Source of the DNA: a virus
Taxonomy: Duplodnaviria > Caudoviricetes
Virus record (IMG/VR): IMGVR_UViG_3300031451_000008
Location: 1-36,917 of that record
DNA length: 36,917 bases
Reading direction: 5' to 3' (one strand)
Shown here one piece after another: positions 7,649 through 15,555 of this stretch. The notes beneath the pieces were generated by a model. It did no database searches. It was not told where the DNA came from and saw nothing but the letters and a program-made list of their open reading frames with translations. The number at the start of each line of letters is the position of its first letter. The first letter of the stretch is position 1. The position numbers and the translations under genes were made by a program.

Positions 7649-8281
7649 CTATGGCAGGGTGAACTTCGGCTTCGTGTCCTGATTGAACTGGAATGTCAGC
7701 CCCGTCGCGCCGGGGGCCACATCGAACGGGATGTAATAGGTGACGCTCACCCCGGGCGGGGTCTGCGACCCGATATTCTGCCCGCCTTTGAAACTGCTGT
7801 AGATGATCGCCCCGCCATCGGTTGACGGCCTGTAGGTGATCCCCCCGTCGGCGAGTAACTGGAAGTCGCCCTGATTCACGCCGAAGTTGGTGTTCCCGGT
7901 GTTCTTCATATCGAAGATGACCACGACCCATTCCCCGGCGGCGTTGCTCACATTGTTGTACTGCGACCAAGTCAGGGTCTTGCCGGGGTGCTCTACCCGG
8001 TTCAATGCCATGTCCCAGTTCTTCACGCTTACCAGCGTGTTGGGCGGGTAAATGCCCTTGGGCGCGGCACTCGCGGGGGCAGCGCTCGCCGCCGTGCTCG
8101 GTGCGGTATTGGCTGCGACTGTTGCCGCGCGCGTCGCCGCACCCGTTGGTGGGGATGAAGCGGCGACAGCCGCCGTCGGCGCGGCTGATGCCGTCTTGGT
8201 TGCCGCCCCGGTGGTACTCCCGCATGCCATAGCGGGGATCAGGAACACGAGTACTGCGCCGAAACCGAGCCATCTCCGCAT
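7649..8281 (-). CDS. DUF4352-like lipoprotein
   Basis: Signal ending 'AMAC', Ala/Thr linker, then 'GEWVVV..DMKNTG......FQL...G.TY...PG......IPFDV' Ig-like fold pattern. Confidence 0.7.
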   Translation of the reverse strand: MRRWLGFGAVLVFLIPAMACGSTTGAATKTASAAPTAAVAASSPPTGAATRAATVAANTAPSTAASAAPASAAPKGIYPPNTLVSVKNWDMALNRVEHPGKTLTWSQYNNVSNAAGEWVVVIFDMKNTGNTNFGVNQGDFQLLADGGITYRPSTDGGAIIYSSFKGGQNIGSQTPPGVSVTYYIPFDVAPGATGLTFQFNQDTKPKFTLP

Positions 8282-8362
8282 TGGCCTGTCCTTTCCCGAC
8301 TGTCACAATCCTGCGTCGTGCATTATACGCACAATTTCACACAGCCGTGACACATCTTTCCC

Positions 8363-8391
8363 TTGTTAGGCTAGCTTATTCGTGCTAATCT
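8363..8391 (+). promoter_or_regulatory. Candidate sigma70 promoter for tape-measure/tail operon
   Basis: TTGTTA-17 nt-TAATCT with TG extension, in an AT-rich gap; divergent TATAAT on the - strand at 8322-8327. Confidence 0.5.
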
Positions 8392-8444
8392 AGGCGCATA
8401 CCGCGAGAGCAAACGCGTGCGAGGCTTCGTGCCTTGAGCGGTCC

Positions 8445-8496
8445 GAGATGCCGGGTATTCCCTCCGGGGAATTACTCGGCATCTTTGTTTGCTTTT
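8445..8496 (+). terminator. Leader terminator-like hairpin upstream of tape measure
   Basis: GAGATGCCGGGTATTCCC-TCCG-GGGAATTACTCGGCATCTT then TGTTTGCTTTT. Confidence 0.65.
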
Positions 8497-8507
8497 GGCG
8501 GTGCGTA

Positions 8508-11500
8508 GTGTCGGTCGATCTCGGTTCGGCCCACGGACAAATCATCCTCGATGCCGATGGCGTCACCCGTGGCGTCAGCCAGGCGGGCGCGTCGCTGCGC
8601 CATCTCGAAGGGTTCGCCGCGAGCACCGGGGCACGCTTCGCCTCGTTCGCGGCCGATCTGGCCGTGTTCGCCGTTAAAGCGGGCGGGGCGGTCGCGGCGG
8701 GCATGGGCGTGGCGGTCGTCGCCGGGGTCAAAGGCGCGTCCGACCTCCAGCAATCCGTCGCCAACATCTCCTCGATCAAGCCGGAGATCGACGTCTCGCA
8801 GGTAACGAGCGCGCTCAACGATCTGAGTACGCGCGTCCCGCAGTCCGCGACGCAGCTCGCCGACAGCCTTTACAACATCTTCTCTTCGGTCGATGTGACC
8901 CAGCAGCAAGCGCTCCAACTCGTGCAGCAATTCGCGCAGGGCGCGATCGGCGCGCAGACCGACGCGGAGACGTTCGGCACCGCCATTCTCGGCGTGATGA
9001 ACGCCTTCGGTCAGTCGGTCGACCAGGCGGGCCACGACGCCGATGTCTTCTTCAACACGATCAATCGCGGCGTCGTCACCGGCCCCGAGCTGGCTGCGGG
9101 ACTCGGCCCTGTCACCCAGTCGGCCAAGGCAGCCGGGCTCTCCATCGATCAGCTCGGCGGCTTCCTCGCCGGGGTGACGAAAGAGGGCGGCCCGGCTGCG
9201 CAGAACATCAACAACCTCAACAACTTCCTCCAGAAGATCACCACGTCCGACGCCCAGAAGGCGCTGAACGGACTCGGCGTCGCCACGGTCAAGGCCGATG
9301 GGTCTTTCCGCGAGATCACCGACATCCTCGGCGACCTGAAGCCGCGCCTTGAGGGGATGACCGAGGCGCAGCGCAACAACGCCTTGCAGGCGATCTTCCC
9401 AGACGCACAGGCCCGGACTGGCGCGCAGGTGCTCCTCTCCCAGCTCGATTTCGTGAAGGCGTCGATCGCCGAGAACGAGAACGCGGCAGGGTCCGCCCAG
9501 CGCGCCTTCACCACGATGGTCGGGACGTTCAAGAACCAGGCCGCGCTGCTCCGCAACACCGTCTCGGCGGACCTGCGGACGGTCGGCGCGGCCATCCTCC
9601 CCGTCGCCACCGCGATCACCTCCCAGCTGACCGCCGCGCTTCGCTCGGCGCAACCAGCTATCCAAGCGTTCGCGGTGTTCCTCGCCGCTTTCCTGACCAC
9701 GCAACTGGCGCGGGTTGGCGCGGCACTGCCCGCCATCATCGACGGGCTGAAGATCTTCGTCGGCGTCTTGCAGGATGTGTTCGGGGCCATCGCCGGTGGC
9801 GACTTCGGTCAGGTGCGCGACGACATCACCGAGATCTTCGACGCGGGGCCGGTGCGGACGTTCGCGCTGGAGGTCACGCGCGGGGCGCAACTGATCCGCG
9901 ACGCCATCCTCACCGCGCGCCAGGCGGCGGCGGGCAACTGGTTCGGCGGTCAGACGGCGGGCATCAGCGCCTTCGTCCGCGATATCGGGCGCTTCACACA
10001 GCGCGCGCGCGACGCCTTCCTCACCGTGCGTCAGGTTTTCGATCGCACCTGGGTCACCAGTGCCGAAATTCAGCCGGTCGTGCGCGGCATCGGCGATGTC
10101 GCCACGGCGGTGCGGAACCTCGGGGATCGTCTCGGCCCGGCGCTGCAAGGGTTCGGAGCGATCTTCACCCCCACCCGCCTCGCCATCCTTCGCCAGTTCG
10201 CGGACGACCTCACTGCCGTCCGTTTCGAGGGCTTGGTCGATGGTATCCGCCTCCTCGGCGATGTGCTACCGCCCGTTATTGCCGCGCTCGGACGCTTGGT
10301 CGCGTTTGCGATTGATGGGCTGGGCGCGTTGCAGCGGACCGGCCACGAGTCGGACGTGCTGCGCGTGGCTCTCTTGGCGCTCGGCGGGGTGCTGGCCCTG
10401 AACCAGTTCGCGGATTTCGTCGCAGGGGCGAATCGGGCGGGTGGCGCGCTCGCCTCATTCTTCCGCGAGATCACGCGCGGCCCGCGCCTCGTCGTCACCA
10501 CGATCCGCACAATCTACGAGAGTATCGGGCAGGCGATCAACGGCGCGCTCGTCGCGGGCCGCGTATTCGTGCAGCGGGTCCGTACCGTGTACGAGTCCGT
10601 CGGCACGGCGGTCAACACGGTGGGCGGGGCGATCACCCGCACCGTCCGCACGGTCTTCACCTCGGCGCAGGACGCGGCCATCTGGGCGCAGCTCTACGGC
10701 GAGCAGGCGGCACAGACGATCACGCGCCAGGTCCGCACGGTCTACGAGGCGCTGCCATCCACACCGAACATCCCCGATATCATCGTCCGCGCCATCCCGC
10801 AATTCGACACGAGCGGGATTGGGAGCGCCGGGTTGCCACCGATCAGCGTCCAGGTGCAGCCGCAGATCAGCCCGAATATCGGGCTCGGCAGCATCGGGAC
10901 CGACATCGGCGTGAAGCTGGCCGAGGGCATCGCCACCGGGATCGGCATTGCGATTGCCAGTGCTCTGGTCGCCTCGGGGGCGTTCGCGGCTATCGGGGCG
11001 GCCCTGGTCGCCGCCGCGCCGGAGATCCTCGCTGGGCTGGCGATCGTGGCGGCGGTCGTGGCGATCGGTTTCGCCGCCAACTTCATCGCGCAGTTCGTGG
11101 CCGCGTCGGGCGGCATCGGCCCGGCCCTCGCGCGGATCTTCCTCGACGGCATCCCGTTCGCGCTCGGTGCCATCGCCGGTGTCGCGGCGAACGCGGGACT
11201 GCAACTGATCAACCTGATCATCCAGGGGCTCCTCCAGGGTGTCCCCGCGCTGATCGGCTTCGTCACCGCCAACTTCCAGGCCATCATCACGACTATCGGC
11301 CTGATCTTCGCCCCGCTCCCCACGCTCATCCTCGGCATCGTGCAGCAGATCGGGCCGACGCTGGCTGGCCTCGCTGACACGATCGCCGCCACGGTGGGCG
11401 CGACATTCTCGCAAATCGGGGGGATCGTTTCCTCGACGCTCGGCAACCTCGGCAGCATCGCGGCGGAGGCGTTCGGGGCGGTCGTGGGGGCGGTCGGCGG

Positions 11501-14500
11501 CGCGTTCTCCCAGATCGGGTCTGCGGTCTCGGCGGCGCTCGCGCCGATCGCGGGGATCATCCAGTCGATCATCGCGGGCGATTGGGGCGGGGCGGTCCTC
11601 GCCGGGATTCAGGTCATCATCGAGGTCGTCGGCGTCCTGCCGGGGCAGATCGCGGCCATCCTCGGCGAGGGCTTCGGTCAGGTCGTCGGTATCATCGGCG
11701 ATAGCCTGGGTGCGGCGGCGGGCGCGGTTGAGGCGGCGTTCGGCGCGATCATCTCCACCGTCGCCACGGCGGGCGGTGCGATCGTCCAGTCGGTCGGCGA
11801 GGCGTTCTCCCAGGTCGGCTCGACCATCCAGTCGGTCCTCGCGGGGATCGGCGGAGCCATTCAAGAAGCGCTCGGCTCCTTCCTGGCCGGGTTCTCGTCC
11901 ACCTTCAACGGCGAGTTACCGGGCATCGTCGCCTCCGGAATGGCGCAGGTGTACGGCGCGGTGGTCTCCGGGATCGGGGCCATCGTCGGCCTGATGGGTA
12001 GCCTCGGCGGGCAGATGATCGGCGCGCTCGGCGACATCGCCGGTGCGCTCTTCTCCGCCGGCGCGCAGATGATGAACGGTCTGATTGGCGGCATCCAGAG
12101 CGCGGCGGGCGGGGTGTTGTCCGTCATCGCCGGGCTAGGGGCAACGATCCGGGGCGCATTCCAAGAGGCGATGAAGATCCAGTCGCCGTCTCGTGTGATG
12201 GCCGAGCTGGGCGGCTACGTCGTGCAGGGCCTCGTCGTCGGGATGCAGGCGGCGACGCCGGAGGCTGCGAAGGCGGCGGCGGACGCGGCCAGCGCGGTCT
12301 ACGGTGCGGTCAAGTCTGGGGTGGAGGCGATCAACAGCCTCGGCACCCTGCGCGCCCCGAACCGCGCACTGATCGTCACCTTCGCCGAGATCACCCGCGA
12401 CATCGTCACCCGTCTCTCAGGGATCGCGTCATCCTTCGCCGGTCCTGCCCTGGAGGCGGTCGGCAAGTTCGCGTCGACTGCCAATACCATTTTCGGCACC
12501 GTCAAGTCCGGTGTGGACGCCTTCGCGGCGCTCCAGGACGTGACCCAGCCGACCGCCGACCAGATCGGGGCGTTCGTCGCGGGGATGCGCGACATCGTCG
12601 CATCGCTGATCGCGGCCGCGCGCGACTTCGACGCCGAGGGGCTGGCAGGGGCGGCGGGGCTCGCCGACGCCGCCACGAAGATCCTGGCGCTCGTCAAGCC
12701 TGCGGTTGAGGCGTTCGGTATCCTGCCCGGCATCGTGCAACCGACCGGGGAGCAACTGGGCGTCCTGACACAGGGGGTCGCCGACATCGCCCTCTCGATC
12801 GTCCGGGCCGCGCGCCTCTTCGACGGCGACGGCCTCGCGGGGGCGTCGTCCCTCGCGGAGGCGGGCGGGAAGATCCTCGCCCTGATCACCCCCGCCGTGG
12901 AAGGCTTCGCGCTCCTCCCCAAGGTGATCCAGCCGACCGGGGACCAGCTCGGCGTCTTCACGCAGGGGATCACGGACATCACGCTCTCGCTCGCCCAGGC
13001 GTCCCGCCTCTTCACGGCGCAGGGGCTGGCGGGCGCGTCCGGGCTGGCCGACGCGGCGGGCAAGGCGCTCGGCCTGATCGCCCCCGCCGTGGCCGGGTTC
13101 AAGGCGCTCCCCGGCATCATGCAGCCGACCGCCGACGAGCTGGGCGTCTTCACCGCCGGGATCGTCGACATCACCCTCTCGCTCGTCAACGCCTCGCGGA
13201 ACTTCACCGCGCCGGGCCTCGCGGCGGCGACCGGGCTGGCGGACGCGGCGCTGAAGATCGTTGGGCTGATCAAGCCGGCGGTGGATGGGTTCCGCGCGCT
13301 GGCGACCGTGACCGCGCCGAGCCAGGCCGGCGTCGCGACCTTCGCGTCCGGGGTGGCGTCTATCACCCGCGCGATTGTGGCCGTCGCGGCGCAGTTCACC
13401 GCCGAGGCGCTGACGGGCGCGGGGACGTTCAGCGACACCGCCTCCAAGGTGCTCGGCCTCCTCGGCACGGGGATCACGGCGCTCGGCGCGCTGGCGAAGG
13501 ACGACGCGGTCCTCGGCGTCGACGGCGGGCGACTCGACCAGTTCGCGGCGAGCCTGCGCCAGTTCGTCGTCACGATCGGCACCCTGGCGCGCACGGTGAG
13601 CACCGAACTCGTGCAGTCGGCGGCGGACTTCTCGGACGGGGCGGGCAAGGCGGTCGGGCTGCTGTCCGGCGCGGACGCCTTCGCCAAGCTGCGCGACTTC
13701 CAGCCGATCACCGCCGGGGAGATCGACGCCTTCGTCAACGCGGTCGTCCTCTCCATGCAGCGCGTTGCCGAGGGCAGCAAGCGGATCGACGCGGAGAGCG
13801 CCAAGGCGGCGGGGACGTTCGCGGAGAGCGCCTCCAAGGTGACGAGCCTGATCGGCTCCGCGATCTCGGCCTTCACCGTCAAGACCAATGTGGACAAGGA
13901 CGGCAACGCCAAGCAGGCGGATCGGCTGATCACCACGGCGGAGATCGATCAGATCGTGTTCCTGGCGCAGTACGCGGTCGGGCGGCTGGTGGAGGTGGCG
14001 CGCGGCTACGACAAGACCGCGCTCGCCGGGCTGTCCGCGTTCGGCGACGCGGCCTCGAAGGGCTTCGGGGCGCTGCAGAACGTCCTCAGCGCCATCCAGA
14101 CGCCGACGAAAGACAACGGGCCGAAGGAGGGGCAACTGACGCCGCTAGAGGCGATCGACAGCCTGATCGGCCTCTTCAATGAGGGGCTGGGGCGGCTCGG
14201 CACCCTGGTCGGGATCGTCGGGCAGTACCGCACCGCCGCGCAGCAGGTCCGCTCCATCATGGTGGAGGCGGGGAACGCGTTCGGGGAGGCGCTCGGCGCG
14301 CTGACGCCGCCCACGGGCGTTTCGGCGCAGGCGCTAGCCCTGGCGACCGGCGGCACCTTCACCGTCAACAACATCATCACGCACCGCTTCGAGGGACTCG
14401 TCACGCTGAACATGCCCGCCGATGACGGGGCGTTCGTGGCGCGCTCGATCCGCGTCGACGGGCAGAGTCGCCGCGACATCGCCGACCAGATCGCCAATGA

Positions 14501-14531
14501 ACTCATCCTCGCGGGACCGGGAGGGGACTGA
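8508..14531 (+). CDS. Tail tape measure protein (TP901-type core), ~2007 aa
   Basis: 'VDLGSAHGQIILD' N-terminus, TP901-like core ('ELAAGLGPV...AKAAGLSIDQL', 'ALNGLGV...DGSFR....IL.DL'), hydrophobic Ala/Gly repeats, 'MKIQSPSRVM'; GTG 8508 is the likely start. Confidence 0.92.
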   Translation: MSVDLGSAHGQIILDADGVTRGVSQAGASLRHLEGFAASTGARFASFAADLAVFAVKAGGAVAAGMGVAVVAGVKGASDLQQSVANISSIKPEIDVSQVTSALNDLSTRVPQSATQLADSLYNIFSSVDVTQQQALQLVQQFAQGAIGAQTDAETFGTAILGVMNAFGQSVDQAGHDADVFFNTINRGVVTGPELAAGLGPVTQSAKAAGLSIDQLGGFLAGVTKEGGPAAQNINNLNNFLQKITTSDAQKALNGLGVATVKADGSFREITDILGDLKPRLEGMTEAQRNNALQAIFPDAQARTGAQVLLSQLDFVKASIAENENAAGSAQRAFTTMVGTFKNQAALLRNTVSADLRTVGAAILPVATAITSQLTAALRSAQPAIQAFAVFLAAFLTTQLARVGAALPAIIDGLKIFVGVLQDVFGAIAGGDFGQVRDDITEIFDAGPVRTFALEVTRGAQLIRDAILTARQAAAGNWFGGQTAGISAFVRDIGRFTQRARDAFLTVRQVFDRTWVTSAEIQPVVRGIGDVATAVRNLGDRLGPALQGFGAIFTPTRLAILRQFADDLTAVRFEGLVDGIRLLGDVLPPVIAALGRLVAFAIDGLGALQRTGHESDVLRVALLALGGVLALNQFADFVAGANRAGGALASFFREITRGPRLVVTTIRTIYESIGQAINGALVAGRVFVQRVRTVYESVGTAVNTVGGAITRTVRTVFTSAQDAAIWAQLYGEQAAQTITRQVRTVYEALPSTPNIPDIIVRAIPQFDTSGIGSAGLPPISVQVQPQISPNIGLGSIGTDIGVKLAEGIATGIGIAIASALVASGAFAAIGAALVAAAPEILAGLAIVAAVVAIGFAANFIAQFVAASGGIGPALARIFLDGIPFALGAIAGVAANAGLQLINLIIQGLLQGVPALIGFVTANFQAIITTIGLIFAPLPTLILGIVQQIGPTLAGLADTIAATVGATFSQIGGIVSSTLGNLGSIAAEAFGAVVGAVGGAFSQIGSAVSAALAPIAGIIQSIIAGDWGGAVLAGIQVIIEVVGVLPGQIAAILGEGFGQVVGIIGDSLGAAAGAVEAAFGAIISTVATAGGAIVQSVGEAFSQVGSTIQSVLAGIGGAIQEALGSFLAGFSSTFNGELPGIVASGMAQVYGAVVSGIGAIVGLMGSLGGQMIGALGDIAGALFSAGAQMMNGLIGGIQSAAGGVLSVIAGLGATIRGAFQEAMKIQSPSRVMAELGGYVVQGLVVGMQAATPEAAKAAADAASAVYGAVKSGVEAINSLGTLRAPNRALIVTFAEITRDIVTRLSGIASSFAGPALEAVGKFASTANTIFGTVKSGVDAFAALQDVTQPTADQIGAFVAGMRDIVASLIAAARDFDAEGLAGAAGLADAATKILALVKPAVEAFGILPGIVQPTGEQLGVLTQGVADIALSIVRAARLFDGDGLAGASSLAEAGGKILALITPAVEGFALLPKVIQPTGDQLGVFTQGITDITLSLAQASRLFTAQGLAGASGLADAAGKALGLIAPAVAGFKALPGIMQPTADELGVFTAGIVDITLSLVNASRNFTAPGLAAATGLADAALKIVGLIKPAVDGFRALATVTAPSQAGVATFASGVASITRAIVAVAAQFTAEALTGAGTFSDTASKVLGLLGTGITALGALAKDDAVLGVDGGRLDQFAASLRQFVVTIGTLARTVSTELVQSAADFSDGAGKAVGLLSGADAFAKLRDFQPITAGEIDAFVNAVVLSMQRVAEGSKRIDAESAKAAGTFAESASKVTSLIGSAISAFTVKTNVDKDGNAKQADRLITTAEIDQIVFLAQYAVGRLVEVARGYDKTALAGLSAFGDAASKGFGALQNVLSAIQTPTKDNGPKEGQLTPLEAIDSLIGLFNEGLGRLGTLVGIVGQYRTAAQQVRSIMVEAGNAFGEALGALTPPTGVSAQALALATGGTFTVNNIITHRFEGLVTLNMPADDGAFVARSIRVDGQSRRDIADQIANELILAGPGGD
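12546..13500 (+). repeat. 192-nt (64-aa) tandem repeats inside tape measure
   Basis: QPT-initiated units start at 12546, 12738, 12930, 13122; degenerate units on both sides. Confidence 0.85.
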
Positions 14532-14533
14532 CG

Positions 14534-14896
14534 ATGGCCTACACGCTCTACAACGCCGACGGCATCACGCCGCTGACCACGCCGCAACCGACCGGGGCGA
14601 CGTGGGAATCCATACCAAGAGGGGTATACGCAAATGGCATTCAACGAATCGCGTTGGGCAAGAAGGTCGTCTGGACCTTCGGGCAGCCGATCGGCGCCGC
14701 GCAGTACCAGCAGCTCGTCGTCGCACGCCAGTCCGGGCGGCAGCAGTTCGTCACATGGAAGCGACCCGAAGGCGCGGTGGCGGGCAGCTATGTCACCGTG
14801 ACGGGGATCATGCAGGAGACGATCCCCGGCGTGCAGACCGATGGCGGGGATTACACGGGCGTGAGCGTCACGTTCGTGGACGTGCGCGAGGCATAA
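14534..14896 (+). CDS. Putative distal tail (Dit-like) protein
   Basis: 120 aa beta-rich protein immediately after tape measure; GGAGGGG RBS. Confidence 0.55.
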   Translation: MAYTLYNADGITPLTTPQPTGATWESIPRGVYANGIQRIALGKKVVWTFGQPIGAAQYQQLVVARQSGRQQFVTWKRPEGAVAGSYVTVTGIMQETIPGVQTDGGDYTGVSVTFVDVREA

Positions 14897-14946
14897 GGGC
14901 GTACCTGCCCCCCGATGTCCGGGGGGCATGAGCAACAGGAGGACAC

Positions 14947-15487
14947 GATGATCCAGGAACGTTCGCGGGGCGATGAAGGGGTGATGGTCGGGGCGCAGGT
15001 CGCGCCGCCGCACGAGCAGGCGCGCTGGCACTGCGCCTGGACGATCGAGAAGTGGCACGACAGCGCGGACCACGAGGCCGGGGCCGCGCCCGACGAGGTC
15101 TGCCCGGGCGAGGGCAACCTGCTCGTGACGGCGGGAATCACCGCGCTCCTCACCCTCTTGCAGGGTGGCGCCGCAACCGCGTTCAACACGGCCAACGCCT
15201 ATCTCGGCGTGGGGGATTCGACCACGGCGGCCGCGATCGGGCAGACCGACTTGCAGGCGGCGACCAACAAAGTCAGGCAACTCGTCTCCGGCGCTCCGAC
15301 CGTCTCCGGCAACGTGGGGACGTGGGTGGCGTCGTTCGGCTCGGCGGTCGCGAACTTCGCGTGGCAGGAGATCGGGCTGTTCAATGCCAGCACGGCGGGG
15401 ACGATGCTGAACCGCGCCGTGACCTCCTTGGGTACGAAGGCGGCTGGCAGCACCTGGACGCTCACGATGACCATCACAATTTCGTAG
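14947..15487 (+). CDS. Virion structural/minor tail protein
   Basis: AGGAGG RBS before ATG 14947; 'NLLVTAG...YLGVGD.TTAA...QTDL...F....ANFAWQEIGLFNA..GTMLNR......K....WTL' pattern. Confidence 0.7.
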
Positions 15488-15555
15488 TCTGCCGCTATTT
15501 CTCTCGCGCGCGCGCCGTTCCTATGGCGCGCGCATTCGTAGTGTAGCGGGGCGCG

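Noticed and set aside
8392-8445. Known riboswitch or tRNA in the TMP leader
   Set aside because: No recognisable aptamer consensus or cloverleaf by eye; an Rfam covariance search would be needed
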